DNA from: Callorhinchus milii | Taxonomy: Eukaryota | Assembly: GCF_018977255.1 (NCBI RefSeq) | Contig: NW_024704751.1 | Location: forward strand, 8,618,001 to 8,682,000 | Direction of reading: 5' to 3' | DNA length: 64,000 nt | Shown here: in pieces, positions 11,065 to 26,100 of the stretch | Numbering within the stretch: position 1 is the stretch's first letter | How the letters are laid out: each line of letters begins with the position of its first letter | Program-made: the position numbers and the translations under genes | Notes under the pieces: generated by a model | Databases searched by the model: none | Told to the model about the DNA's origin: nothing | What the model saw: the letters and a program-made list of their open reading frames with translations, nothing else

Positions 11065-11160
11065 AGGGCGGGTAATTGGAGTTGAGGTACAGATCAGCCA
11101 TGATCCTACAGAATGGCGGAACAGGCTTGTGGAGCTGAATGTCCTCCTCCTATTTGTATG
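11065..11160 (+). mobile_element. CR1-type LINE 3' end fragment
   Basis: GAGGTACAGATCAGCCATGATC...GAATGGCGGAACAGGCTTG..GCTGAATG..CTCCTCCT; same family as 36700-36860. Confidence 0.7.
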
Positions 11161-11924
11161 CTTTTATAACTGAACCGTGCATGCTCTCAACAATAGAAAA
11201 ATTGTATTTACTGGCACAGAACCACACCCGCTACATCATCCTCAAGAAAAGAGTTATTTTTGTGAACTGCAGTGAAGGTAGAAGGAAGATTAAACTGGTA
11301 AATAGTGCAAATCAAATCATTTCCTGTTGCTTGCCTCCCGATGCCAAGATAGCATAACAGCAGCACTGAATAGATTCTCTGACAAGCATCGACAGCTCTG
11401 AGGGGAACTGCTAATTCTCTGCTCAAAAGTGGTAGACACAAAACTCCCTAAACTGCAGCAGATGAGTGTGATAAACCTAACCTCAACATTGGTTGAAAAT
11501 TAAACCTCGACACTGGGCTTGATTTTTGTGTAAAATATCAACTTCCTCCAGGATCAAGTTATATTTTTCATTTTGAACACTTTTAGAAAATACTTGAAGG
11601 GTAAACATGTGATAAAGGTCTTCATGTTCTACCAGTCTGATGACAACACAAATCACTTCCCAAAAGAAAACCACCCGATGGAGCAACTTGCTTAGTACTA
11701 GACAGCCTCCTGTAGCAAGTTATGATCCTGCAAAACCAAACTAGGGGATCATAATTCTCCCTTCTAAACTCCAACCCCACCAGTGAATCCATGTTCAGAG
11801 TTACACTTGGTACCCGTGAGCATACTTTCGCCAAGTGGCAATTCTTCATGCTCTAGCCTCAGTCTGTTGCGGTCCACCACATTCTAGTGGTCATGAACCC
11901 AATTAGAGTTTCATTTCTGCTATG

Positions 11925-12025
11925 GTTCACGTCAGCTAAATCACAGATGAGGAATTGGATCAGAAACCTCTCTGGTCCATGCGTCTCAAATGCCACCGCA
12001 GACAATGCATTTTACTGAGCCTCCA
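11925..12025 (-). mobile_element. Degenerate head of an ancient tRNA-like SINE (related copies at about 24215-24310 +, 26125-26215 -, 40295-40380 -)
   Basis: Shared degenerate motif GGCTCAG...GACCAG..AGG..CCAGGTTCAATCCCTG..TGTG..TTAGCTG among several copies. Confidence 0.45.
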
Positions 12026-12667
12026 GGGAACCAGGCATGAGATTTGATTCTCAGTGCTGGTCTAGTTTTGCCACTAACAGCTCCATAACTCAGTATCTCA
12101 TTATTCAATATCCTGAATTATGAATCATTTCTACATACTTTAATCCTAAACAAAATACCATGCAATGTAGGAAGTGATCCAAAACATCCACAAGCACAAG
12201 TCATACAGCACCACCGTCTGGAGTTCAATTGCCTGTAATTGCTTTAGCAAAGCAAAGTAAAATTCAACATAAAAATTAGTGAAACCCTTTCTATTACAAT
12301 TCAGCATGTTGGATCACTCTGTAGAAAGGGAAAGCATTAGAAATTGATTTGTTTCAACCACTTTAAGGCAAAACACAACCTCTAGATTCATGGGTACTTT
12401 TAAAACAAAAAAACGTGTTACATTTTCATCTTGTTTCACCTTAACCTCCTTTAAAAGAAATGATTGCCTTGTATATTTTCAGGGTACCCATTATCCTCTC
12501 CAATGGACATAAATCCAGAGGATTATAAAGTTTGCATCAACACCATAGACTGCAATAATGGGATGTTCAATCACATTAGGTAACCTGCAGTTCCAAGTAC
12601 ATATGTAACTACATGCACTAACCACAGAGTAGTACCCAGGACCGGTGTTACATTCCTACAGTCTTAC

Positions 12668-12867
12668 CGTTTGCCTGTATTCACGAATCATTTTTAGTTT
12701 GTCCTCGCCACCCTTGTTTTCCTCCTTCTGCTCAATACTGCTGATTATCCTCCAGGACGCTCTCCGTGCTCCGATCACGTTTTTGTAGGCCACAGACAGC
12801 AAATTCCTTTCCTCAACAGTCAACTCCACATCCATACCAGCTACTTTTTTCATTGATTCCACCATTT
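12668..12867 (-). CDS. YWHAE: 14-3-3 epsilon exon 2: (E)[66 protein letters not shown]
   Basis: 14-3-3 signature [11 protein letters not shown]; cag| acceptor, ACG|GTAAGA donor; 200 nt. Confidence 0.98.
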
Positions 12868-12984
12868 CTGTTGGATACGAAAGAAAGATAATCAGCACAA
12901 TACTGATTGCTTTAAAAACAAACCGAGACGAACCATGGCTGCTGGAAAAGCACAAGAAGGTTAACATTTCACAGGAATAACATA

Positions 12985-13045
12985 ACATGTAGGAGCAGGA
13001 GTAGGCCATTCGGCCCTTCGAGCCTGCCCCGCCATTCAATCATGG
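12985..13045 (-). mobile_element. CR1-type LINE 3' end fragment
   Basis: TAGGAGCAGGAGTAGGCCATTCGGCCCTTCGAGCCTGCCCCGCCATTCAAT is the reverse of the CR1 terminal motif. Confidence 0.7.
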
Positions 13046-16000
13046 TAATACAAAATCCCAGAGAGTTTGCATCAATGCTCCTAAGATCCCAATCCTAAGG
13101 TAAACCAAAAAAACACTCCACAAGTCCTGTTAGAAATCAGTTGATAAGCAAACACAGCTAATTCAGGTGCATTCATTTTATCCAAGCTCTCATTTTCACA
13201 AAAACATATTCCCTTCCCTCAAAACACACAAAAGGGGGCAATTTTCAAATCACATTGACATTTCGTTTTCATGGGAGGCAGACAGGAACCGGCCAAAAGT
13301 TTGGTAAAAATGGTACTTTAAAAAGCATAGCCCGAATCAAGTTAGGTGTGGCTTTTGGGCACTTTACAGTGTGATCTTCTCTTGTGGAATTTTAACAGCA
13401 CCTCTGGTTTATTAGCGGCATGTTTGAGATGCATCAGCACACTTGGGTGCTTGTTACAAAACTGCAAGAATGCCACACCCTGTGTCTACAGCCACACCCT
13501 GTGACTGAAGCACCAACAGACACCTAACCTTCAACGAGCAAAACTGCTCCGCTTTTACTAAATCTCAACAAGAACACACAAATCTGATTTACGGAATGCT
13601 AGTCTGCATAAAACTAAATGCAAGAACAAGGCAGTGAGTTTGAACATACCCCTACTCTTTATCGTCGTGCAGACCCCTTCAAAACCATAGGATGGCTGTA
13701 AGAATTTACTAAAGAAATGGAGATGGGATGCACTAGTTATTCAGACAGGCACTCCCATAACTTTCCTCAAAAATGCAGGCTGAAACTTCTTGTAGGCTCT
13801 TTACATTTTGACATTTTTAGTTTCCTGCAACATCCTTGCCTGAGGGACAATCTGGAGACCCAGTTTCATGTCTCTAATATATCACTTAGCCAGACACCAG
13901 GCGATGCAAACAAGTCATTTCATTGCTGAATTTCCTGTAAAAGTGATTGATTGCTCCTGGTCTTAGATGGCCAGCAGTTGTGCAGATATTTGAACCACGT
14001 CCCCCTGATTATTTCGCTTATCACCAGAGAGAGCTTTATATAAAGACCTGCTGCCTTCAAGCAGAAAATAAAACAAGAATCAGTACCAACTTTTGAGTGA
14101 TAGATTTTGAGCACTTTAGATCAAGTCATGCACCAATGGATTGTCCTTTCCTCCACTTCAACATGGATAGTTCGGTAAGATTTAACCATTCAGTGGGATC
14201 TCTGCCAAAGGTAGCAGCTAGTCCATTCCCCAAAAATATTCGAATGTGGCAATATTCCATGCTCTAAAGTAACCATAGGGAAAAAAGAAATAAGAAACAA
14301 AACAGGTGATCAACTTAACTCCATGGAAATACTGAATTACACTTTTTGAATGTTTAAAGGTTCCACTGCAAAAATCTGGCACCGCAAATTTCTCTCTGCT
14401 TAGGCGAATTATTTCTTTCAAGCAACAAGTAATTGAGAGAATACATTCCACCTCGGGAGGAGATTACAGCAGCATAGTCCAGAATAAATTCATAACTGTT
14501 TTTTAGGATTAAAGCAGCCTTCTGGCTGAATTTGGTTGAAGCAAATTGAATACTTTTAAGGGGGTAATATTCCTGCAAAGTAATGCCCTTAATTACCACT
14601 TGGGGTCAGCAGCACATAACATTAGAACTTAACATGTAGAAACACCTGCACCAGACACTATGAATGTGCAGCATGTCTTAATTTCATATCCAAGGACTGT
14701 ATATCTCCCTTTTAAACTCAGTTGATTCTGCTTATATGGCTTTCTGGAGATTACCCACATTCTCAATTCTGTAAATTGTAAATCCTTCCAACTTTGCGAG
14801 CCTCAGAAAGTTTTTTTTTGTCCTGCATTCAACAGACACGAGCCACGGGCATCATAAAGGCACTAAATAATTCTCAGTGCACAGACCGCAATAATGATGT
14901 CAGAGGGAGGATTTGCCACACAAAATGTCTTGCTTCCTAGATTGCCTCTTACCAGCATAGAACAGGATGCTGGTAAGTTACAAGTACTGCTCTATATAAA
15001 TAGAATTCAGTAAAAGGACAAAAGACCATGATTGTAATGGATAAATTCTCAAAGGGAAACGAGATACAATATAGCCTCCCATATTTTAACATACAACTCA
15101 TTTACTAGTTGGTCAACAAAATAAAAACCCAAAGCGTTGAGCACTAGATTCGGCAACTCAGAGCTAGTAGAGGAGGTTGTATGACTCAGTACTAACTGGC
15201 AGAATTAAAAGTAATCCAATAGTCCAGACCTATTTCCTCATTTCACTGTACTGTAATCCCACTGAAGCCTGCCGAGACAATAATTCTATTATTAGTAAGA
15301 AGCAATGGCTTCCTGTCTCATTACTTTCTGTAGGATAGCTGGTAGCCCCGGTATTAAACCCCTCCTCTCTGCAAGCAGTAACCATAAACCCGATAAAGAG
15401 AATCAAAGGAGAGAACCAAGTGAATATGTGATCCCTGGTACTTTGTGGAATCAGAAGAGTTTGGTCACTAATTTCTTAAGAAAATAAGTTAACATCACCC
15501 ACAAGATACATTTCAAGTGGCTTCTCAACCTCCTACAACTCATGGCAAAATGCCTTCCACCCCAACTGTTACTATTTTAAAACTTATGGTAGGTGATAAG
15601 ACAGAGGGTCTGGAAGGGTATCAATTAAGTAAGATTACTCTGAACATTTGTTCAGCTGGGTTCTTAAGGATAATACATTATCCATCAGCAATTTTTATGC
15701 ACCTCATTTCAATCTCACCAAAGGGTGCAGTCAGGAATTCCTACACAACATGGCTCAGTTTCAGGAGGATTCACACCCCTCCCTTGGATCCTCAAATAGA
15801 GCCACATTTTTTGCAGACCTTGAGTTAAAGATTAAAATATGCCTGAATTTACATTTCAGGTATGGATGCCATTATCTCTCCTTCCCTCGGACATTTCAGA
15901 CGTATGCTGCAGAAGCCATTTTTATATTTTGCCACACTATGAATATAGAATGCAAGCATAATTTTCAAAAACCTGGGAACGTCTAGAATTGTGGTAGTTG

Positions 16001-18984
16001 TTCAGCTTATGAAACAATTTGCATTGTTGTGTAACTCCCTTTTTAATCCATTCATCTACAGGGACAAGAGTTGTACTTTGTTCAAATTTCTAAAGATATA
16101 TTTCATTACCAGCAAAAAATTCTCATTTACTTTCCAGTCCCCAAGACCTGCCTCCGCAGCAACTCTAGTAATTTCAAGGCGCAATTTGAAGTCAGAGAGA
16201 TTTCATTTTAATAGACAATCAAAATACTGCATCAATAGTCCATCTACCAAATACAGTCATAGTAAAAATGCCTTGAGGCATCCTCCCAACTTGAAAGGCG
16301 CTATATCAAGTGCAAGGATTATCATTGTAATACATTCTGCCAGCCAACAGAAAATCTTTCCTTTCTCTTAAGTTTCCCCAGGTTATACAATAGTCACCCT
16401 CTAAAATCACCAGCTGTCGTTCTCCAGCCAGGTTGCTCTTGCTCAAGAGGACAAAACCGGATTTCCTTTCCTGTGGGGAAGCACATTACTCTGGCTCAGT
16501 GCCTTAACAGCCAAGTGATCAAAAGCGGAACCTGCAGTCACAAGCCTTTCTTCCACCACAACAACGCTGGAATACCAATACACCTTAAACACATGTCACA
16601 GCAAACTCATTCTCCATTTCACAAAGGAACCATCGTACACCAAGAAGTTAATTCCTTGATGCTTTGATTTTAGAAAGAAAGGTAAAGGAAATCCAAAGAA
16701 AGATCAGCAACATCATGCAAATTGTTTGGCTGCTTTAGCCTCGTAGGAAGCAATATTCCGGTGTCCCTCCAGTAACCAATCCAAAATAGGTTAACAACGC
16801 CCAAATACAACAAGAGTTAATTAACAGGCATCTCTGAGCTCACATTCTGGCAGAGTAAATCAATCGCTGAACCAATTTCAGTCGGATCATCTTATAACCA
16901 AAACCAGTTTGAATGCAGGCAAATTCATAAACTAGCCAGACCTGGTTAGCGCAGGGCAGCCCTGTGAGACTTAAAATTCCTTTGCACAATTCTCTTGAGC
17001 CTTGCCATCCGAGATGTATCAAAAACTAACCTAATTCATTCAATTCGTATCGACACAAATGAAAGTAGGAATTGGAAGTCCAATTTAGATAAACATTTTC
17101 TTCAAAATGCAACTTTTTGGAAAAAACACTTGCACAAATAAGCCTCCGTTATGTAACCTTAACTTCCCAGAACCCTTTGAATAGGTGTGTGGATTAGCTA
17201 CACTTTAACCTTCACAAGTCGCAACTTGGGAATTAGGAGCCAGACTGCAACTGAACCAAACCCCCCTCAGCACTCCCCTCAAATCGCCACGTTCAAAATG
17301 GTTACCCTGACACAGTAAACAGATTAACATTTATTCATTTGCATTACCTCTATTTGCCATTATTACTTGGCAGGCAGTGGAAGATTTGAGATTCAAGGAT
17401 TATTACCAAAGATTAAAAGATGTGACATTTTCAAAGTTTTTTTTTAATATGATTCATAAGTCAATCTTGTACACAATGCACCTCAATCTCATACCGTTTC
17501 TTCATTTTTTTAAAAAAAACGTACAATTGTGGGCTAGTTAATCCCTTTAAGCATTTCAGGTTTCAATTTAAGGCACGTAACCATCAATCTAACAGACTCT
17601 AAATGGGAACCCTACACAGCCTTCCAATCAGTCAAGTGCAGACCACACTCTATACCAGTATATCTTGCAACATTGTGCTGCTCATACTAAGGAAGGAAAT
17701 GGCCGTTGAAAATAAGCGTTTAATTCCCAAGTGCCTCAGGCAAGTCAAAACTGCTTGGGATGGGTTCAGCTTCCCCAAATTACAACCATTGCAGCAAGTC
17801 TCAGCAGGTGAAGAGAAGAGATTCATTTGCATATTCAGACAATTTCATGCTTTATATGGAGAATCATTATTTGACTCTCCCATTTTGGTTGCCTGGCTCT
17901 TTACGGTTTCCGAATGACAGCTTTTCCCTTTTGAAAAGGAAACGGTTCACAACTTTCACAGGAGGCCCACATTGAATATATTGCATCATCAAAATTCAAA
18001 GACATAAATTGAACAAAGCCTCAGATAAATGCTGATTTCACTGCTGCTACAGCTCAAAAGAATGGAGATTTTTCTAATGTCAGGAAGAGTTCAGTCTCCT
18101 CTCTTTGCTACCTGCACAACTTTACATTTTCTTCAACCCCAATTCCCATTTGTCACCACCACAAAATAAAGTGTTATTGCCCTATGCAAAGCTGGCTCAG
18201 TAAAAAGGAGAAACAGCAAACCCAAACCACGATACAGATTCAGTTTCCCCAAATGACACACAGTGAATTAATTACAGCAAGTCTCATTAGCAACACAATG
18301 CCACTTTTTTTTACACACCACAGCACCCTCCAATCTTGCCCAGGCTCTGAATAGTCATGAAGCAACGATGTACAGAGAATCTTCCAATTACTGAATCCAC
18401 AATTGCTTTCCCCGCCAGAGTCCCCAATCCCCTCAGCAACTGAAGCACACATTAAAGATGGATATTGGGTTTAACAGATGGATACATAACCAATTTTCAT
18501 CCATGTTTGCACCAGACTGTCACAGATGCTCAACAGATAGTGAACAATTGCAGCCCAAAGACAATATGGTCAATTTATGAACCTCAACTATTGTCCAGAA
18601 GAGTTTACTTAATATTAACCATGAAATAGTAGCACCAAGTGAGGCAGGCCTATATAATGGCCTACAAGCTGCTCACTGGAGAAGAAATGGATTTTATAGT
18701 ATAAACGTTATGTTACAAGACAAAATACAAACAGCTGCATTCTAAATATCTACTGGTACTGAAACAGCTAGTCTAAACAACATGCTCTTTCCAATCTTGC
18801 TTCAGAAAAAAGTTAGCGAAACATCAAACGGATCCCGTAAATAATCTGAAACCAACTCAGACTAATGAGAATGTATTATCCATCATCTTCAACTGTACAC
18901 CCAATAACTGTGCCCTTTCCTGAGGAGGGATCTTTCACGGTAAATGGTTGGGAGAATCTTTTTTCACGGTAAATGGTTTTACCC

Positions 18985-19088
18985 CCAAAATATACAGTCA
19001 CTCCAACTAACAGCATATTCGTTGAAGCGCTATGAGACGTCTCAACAACATGATAATTCGCTTTATCAAACGCAAGGATTATTATTGT
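18985..19088 (+). mobile_element. 5'-truncated SINE tail
   Basis: AAATATACAGTCA...GAAGCGCTATGAGACGTCTC...TATCAAACGCAAGGATTATTATT. Confidence 0.75.
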
Positions 19089-22000
19089 CTCACAATTCAA
19101 AGCAAACAGTCCAGGATCTGGGCTCCCATTCAAAAAAGTGGGAAACCTGTTCCAATTTAAGTAGTCAGATGCAATGTGTTTGGTTAAGGTACAATAATGC
19201 CATTATGTAGCCACAATGTTGAAGACCATTCATTTCTCAGCTTGCTGGAAATGTAAGCTTGTTTTGTTTGGAGCTAAATTCCTCATGGTCTTCAGAATCT
19301 TATTTTCTATTGTGCTTGTAAATAATTACCATGGTTTCTAGGATTCCCAATCGGGGTGGGGGGGTGAGAGGGGGTAGAGAGACCTGAACCTACCTTCTAA
19401 TTCAATCTGAGCAATAACTATTACGCCCTGAAACATTCCCAGCGATGCAAATTTCTATTCCAAAAAACCACAGAGGGCTTTAATTTAGTAGAAGATCTAA
19501 AAGAATCACAAGATTAAGTTAGAGAAAATTATGCTCCATTGAATTCACAGTAATATTAACAGAAGCTGTTAAGAGGCTTCAAGTGATAGCAATGCTGAAC
19601 ATACTACTATGTATGCTTTGAAAGGATTTACAGTAATAAAGATTACACTTTATCTGGCCCCTTTCAGACTCTGAGTTCCAGCCTTCCATACCATCAGACC
19701 TGCTAAATATTGCATCACTTTTGACCAAGATTACAACAGGAAGAGCACTTTACAACATTAACAAGCGTTCAGAAGGTTTGATGCTGTAGGAATGTTCATT
19801 ACCGGTCATCCCAAATCAGTTACATTTAAAGAATTCACACAATTACTTAATGAAGCAATTTACCTGTAGGTCATGGGAACTAGTTTCAATGGTCTGACGC
19901 AATACTTTTGCTGTGATGCATCAGTTCATGGCAGCACAAGAGTTTGTATGCAGATTACACTGATGTTAATGTGTGGTGGCAGCTGAATGACAAAATGTCT
20001 GAACGTTTTAGTGCTGGTTACTAGGCAGCCAGACATGTATTTTGTAAATTGATAATTTCAATGAATTGACGTCTGTTTACCTAATGTTCCAGTGTACATT
20101 TCAGTACTGCATTCAACTATCGCTTTAAACCTCATTTACAACCACACATTGTTAGGCTTGATTCATTGGATCGGTTTTAAGCAAACAGGTTAGAATACTG
20201 CTGCCTGTGCTCCCAGCAAAAACATCATTGAAGAATTGGTTTAGAACATGAATGCAGACTCAACACATTTTGTTCATCTGAATTCAATTCTTAATTGCTT
20301 TGATTTGGCTTTGACATTACAATAAAAATCTCAAGACATCCAAAGCACAACTTGTGTGAACAATGGACATATACTAGTTATAACAGAGATGTGCATAAAT
20401 ATGTCCATTGAAAGCAGAGGAACTAATGTGCATTAAATCTGTAGCACTTAATTCTGACCCTTTATCTAAAAAGCGAATAAGAGTTCTAAACCTCTGTGTT
20501 GAAATCCTCAACTCTAATAAACAATTAAATCTGAGTATAACAAACCCTGCTAAACATTAAACCCTTTGAAAAGCAAAGGCTTGCTTCCCTGATAGATCAA
20601 CTGATAAAACGATTAACTAGTTGACCCTGCTTTTATAATCCATTGTACTAATGCGACAGTCAATGTAGATCTCTCCAAATTGGCTTACTGATCCAGTGCA
20701 CACTTGCAATGAACATTAATGTTCTCCTCAATTCTGAAATCATCAAAGTACTAATTCAATTCACACAACTTGTTGATAACCTACATTCATATCCATTATT
20801 TGCAAGACAATAAGCAAAATACAGTCACTACACTTCACAGTATATCCAGCGAGGTAGTGAAAGATGCCCTCCTGAAGTGAAAGACACTTTAATCAAAGGG
20901 TTATTAGAAGATTAATTGTACTAAAATTGTCGGGAGATATTTTATGAGTTTGAAATATTTACAATGGGATTGAAACTTTAAATGTCTGTGAGGATTGTGC
21001 CAGTGGTTCTCCAGGTAACCTGGTGCTAATTATTCAGTAGTCCTTATTAATCTGAAATTGATACCATTATACTCCAACTGCCTACAACCACAACCCTTTG
21101 GCCTTCCATATTTTCCCACTGTACAACAAGGTTAGGAATGACAAAAGTAGAAGCCACTCAGCTCAGATTGTTGGTTAACATGGCACCCGGTTAACGATCA
21201 AAGCTCCAGAGACGCATTAATTGAATATTCCACATATGAGAGGCATTCAGTTTTGTGTTGAGCCTTGCTACCCATCATTTTATACCAAAGCGAGGATATA
21301 TTTTCTCAATTTTCACATGGTTTAATTTTATGTGAAAAGTGATACATAATGTCAACTGTTACACTGTGTTTAGAGTCAACATTGAAAGAAAAAACAATCT
21401 TAAAATTTATGAATATCCAAGAAAACTTCCACTATTCCGAATATTAAATGAATGAATTTCATTTTGCCATTCAAGTCTTTATATGAACATATTCCATTAC
21501 GTAGGTTTGTGTAATATTCACAATCACTTGATTAAAGCACACGTTTAGGATTTGAATCTGTTGATTTCAGGATCGTATTGTGCACTAAAATTCATAACAA
21601 CTGTGTAGGATTTAAGAATTCAACGTGACTGATACTTTTCATTTCAAAATGCGTGGGAGGGCTTCACAATGATGTGCCATACAAACTGAAAGATGTCCAC
21701 CCACATTCCCCACACAAGGGGAAAACAGCAGGGGGAGAATACCCTTAACACAGACACAGAAAGAAAGAAGGCTTCAGAGTATGGTTACTCTCACAGTGCA
21801 GAGTGGTAAAAAAAAAGCAATCTAAATGAATTCCAAGCTTTACTTTCTCCCAAGGAATTTACGCAGCAAGCTGCGGTCAATTCCTGATCGCAGCAAATAT
21901 CACTGGGTTAACTTGATACCAAGGTGGCATACATATATTTCCCTGAATCTGGAATGTGCACTCACTCACTCCCTGAAAGGGCTCACCCCGCTTCCCAAAT

Positions 22001-22582
22001 TCCAGAATATCAGGTGGAGCAAGACCCAATGCTTGGGCACCCCAGATTATAGGCTTAGATATTTCTGGAATGTAACCAGCTAAAACTGCATAGCTCGCCA
22101 TTGAGAGCACTGTCTGGCAAGATCGCCCGCAGCTTGCCCGGCTTAGGACCACCTGACCCATTAGGGTTTGGACTTGCAGAGTAAACAGAAGTGGAGTGGG
22201 AAGAACGCCTGCCCTTCCAAGCCTGCCAATGAACCAGACTCACTGGTGTCAGCAGGAACTCCTGGGTCAGGCACTGCCACAGAACATTGACTTGATCCTG
22301 ACATTCTATTCCCAAGCACATCACTTTGGAACTAATTTAGTTCCAGGGAGACCCCAGTTAGCCCACCCCCCCCTCCTACCAAGGATAGTCACATTGCAAA
22401 TGGCCAGGCTATACCAATACCGTGATTTTTTTTAATATAAAGATTTTATGGAATTCCAGTTTTTCTAACATGAAACAAGTTCAAATCATTTGTTGGTTAA
22501 ATTCAGATTAAGCTTGGTTGAGGAAATAAAACAGCCCAATCTTGATACGCAAGATGTTAATGTTAGAACAACTCATTAGATA

Positions 22583-23135
22583 TACAACAACAAGATTAGA
22601 TTTATATAGCGCCTTTCACGTTGGGAGGACGTCCCAAGCGCTGGACAGTGTACAGCATTTCAGACTTGAGCTGGGGTCAGGGAGAAGGGAGGGGGCTTGG
22701 CCAATGGCGTGGTCGAAGAGGAGGGTTTTGAGGCGGGACTTGAAGGAGGCTAAGGAGGGGGCGAGGCGGAGTGATTGGGGGACAGAGTTGCAGAGGTTGG
22801 GGACAGAGTGACTAATATCTCTCCTGACAATGGTGGGGCGGGTGGGTCGGGTTAGGGTGGAGCGAGACCATCAAAGGCTTTGTAGGTGAGGACCAGGATT
22901 TTGAACTGGATGCTCTGAAGGATAGGGAGCCAATGGAGTCGGGCGAGAATGGAGAGATGGGGTCACGGAGTTTGGTGCGGGAGAGGACATGGGCTGCAGA
23001 GTTGGGAAGGCCGACAAGCAGGGCGTTTGCACAGTCAAGCCTGGAGGTGATGAAGGCATGAACAAGAGGTTCAGCGGCCTGAGAGGTGAGGCAGTGGGGG
23101 AGTCAGGCGATGTTACAGAGGTGAGGGAAGGCATA
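22583..23135 (-). mobile_element. L2-clade LINE 3' fragment (end of ORF2, 3' UTR and (TTG)n tail)
   Basis: Minus strand gives degenerate L2 ORF2 C-terminal sequence (HAFITSRLD, WLP..IQFKIL). The terminal GGGACGTCCTCCCAACGTGAAAGGCGCTATATAAAT is shared with the SINE tails. Confidence 0.8.
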
Positions 23136-26100
23136 TAACAAGTACAGAAAACATAATGGTCCAAAATTTACTTCCAAATCAATTAAATCTCAAAGTATTT
23201 TTTATTTTCCTTCCTAGTCTGAAGAGATTGACCCCTGAATATAACTCACTTTATAGGGAGTTACAGTATTTATATTATTCAGCCATTCTACCCCCTCTCT
23301 CTGGAACTTCATCCTAGAGAGCCTTAACCTCCCTGCCATCTTTTCAGTCTCTGTCCCTCCCACCCCCGGCTCTCAGTGAAGCACTTTGAAACATTCAACA
23401 TGAAAGGTGCTATATAAATGTAAACTGTTGCTGTTTATAGAAAATTTTAATTCATACTTTTCAATACTTTTATCCTTTTGTCTGATAGCATCAATAAAAA
23501 CCACATGGTGAATGACCTCCGGTAGAATAGACATACACCTATCTCTACATTTTAAATAGAGCTGCTAAAAAGGGAACAATGCAAGAAGGACCATTACAGA
23601 ATTTCTGTCTCAAGGTATAGATTTGGTTTAACATTCAATAAAGTATTTTGATTAATGTGTCTACCTTACATCTTGCATTTCCCATGCAGCCAATGGGAAG
23701 CTGGTAAGCCCTGCAGCATGTTGAACTCATCAATGAAGGTTCAAGTCATTCACTGCCTCCAGTATGAATTCTCAAACTCAAGAAAGAAATGGAAAGGTCT
23801 TCCAAAGTGCAATAAAACTCGATGAACAACCCAGACCATTCTTACTTAACACCCACCAGTATTTGTAGCATTCCTGACAGCAGATTGTCTGCTTAGTTGG
23901 GAATAGGTCACTGACTACTCTGTGGAGGGAAGGTGAAAACAAAATGGGTACAATTTGACTCTTCATCTCCAGACTATATGAACTCCTTACAATATTGTAG
24001 TAATAACCAAATAAAATTTTACCTACATTTTCAGATAGTCGTTTAGTTTTTCTAAATAAACAGAATATTAAAAGATTGAAAGCATGCTCATTATACCTCA
24101 ATAAAATATATTTGCTTCTTGTTTGGTATCACCTCATTACACTGCAGAAATGTTGTATCCAACAGTCATGCCTATTTATGCAGAGTTCAATTCTGTCCAT
24201 CAACATGCCTTTCCCTGCTGGCTCAGCACACTACTACGCACACAGCCATGAGCTATGCAGAGCAGGACGGCCCCAGGTTCAATCCCTGATGTGCGCTAAC
24301 TAGCATCGCAGCAATTGTGGTATTATGGTTGTGTGCTGGGTTCGTGAGCAGAAAAGCACGGACAAAGCATCCGATGGATGCATTTGCAAAACTGTATAGA
24401 AAAATAATTTTTCATCTTCTCAGCAGAATGGAAGAATTTGGAACAACCAGCACTACAAGTATAACAAAATTTTAATCCCAAATTTCCTCGTCTTCTTTTA
24501 AGTGCCTAAGATGGAACAAACCACATTTCTCCTTTAATATGGCTTGATCCAGAGGGAATACACCTCCCACTTAACTGTCACTTTCAATTAAGATGGCCAC
24601 CCGTTTGAAACTGATATACCCTCAAATACCAGGAATGAATGAGGATTTTCTTTTTTAAAAAAGGGAACAGGACAGTTGGTTGTACTAATGCTATCATTGA
24701 GCAGCATCCCACACAGAAAGTTAGGCAACAGATATCAACACTCACCTGCCATACTCAAACCGGATCAGATGCTTCTGCTCTGGAGCCAATCTCTTGCTTA
24801 TGCTCCATTTTCAATAACCTTGTGGAGTTTTGACTAGATTTCCTGTTTACCCTGTATTGCCTTACACTGGCTGTGGAGGTTCAAAAACACACACACAGTA
24901 GGATTTGTGGTTCCAGATAATAGACACTACACAATCACATGTCCAGAATTTCATACCATTACAGTATTGGCAGGACACACAGCTACAGGATTTAGAAATT
25001 GTTTGGTTTCTCACAATGAGGAACAAAATAGCTGAACACTCCACAGCAATTTGGAAATGTGAGCAAGCACGGCACAAAGGCGGGTGCTCAGTGATAAATG
25101 GACAGAAATTACTTAGCCACATGAGTGGCAAGCACAATCTCTGCAATACTTCCACTGCCATCACAAATTTGCAGAACATTTTCTCAACTGAAAAGACGAA
25201 CTAATAATTTTACTTGCTAAATGGCTTAAATTGTCAGTCAAGACATTGCTATCATCTTGGTTTATGATGGCTAACAGACCTTCCAACCTAAAAATTAAAA
25301 AGGGTCTCAAGAATATAATTATATAAGAGAAGGTTAACTCCCATTCCCTGGGTTATTCAATATGTACTGTGAAACTAGTGGGGAAACAGACTTTTAACTA
25401 TTTTCACCCCACTTCACAATGCTCCAAATCACATTATTATGAGTTTCTAAGTGCTTTAAACCAATGATGCGGAGCACCAAGTTACTTGACTCTCCCAACA
25501 GCAATTCCACAAAATTCCTACCAGCAGCTCAGTAACTGATGGTCTCCTCAATTTGATGGGCTACTACCACCATGACCTGACCTGCACATTACTGTTAACC
25601 AGCAGTAACAATAGACTTCTATGGAAGGAGTGAGAAGCACCGTGACTGAGTTTGTCAAGAATAGAAAGTAACACAGAAAATAAATCCTGAGTAAGCAAAC
25701 TAACAAACTAATTTCAAAAGAAAAGCAAACAAGCGGAATAAAAATAAGCGTTTCAGTAAAACTTATAATTACTGATCTGAAGACTAAAAGAAATCTGTAT
25801 ATCTATTTTTGCTTAGGTTTGAATTTCATTGGCCTGATCCTTTTCATTTCCTAAAGCCTTACCTTCCCAGCAGGGTGGGGTATGATTCCAAAGGGAGCAA
25901 TCTTGCAGTTTACCTAATTGGCTATATTCCCACATGCAAGCCTGGGCAGAGGAGTGATAGGCTATGACAGTAAGACTAACACAATGAGACCAAGTTTGAC
26001 CAATCTTCACCCAATGTTTAACACGTATACGTAAGCACAAGACAATGATGTGGAAACCTGGCCGATGTTTCCCCCACTCACAATCCTGGGATATTACATT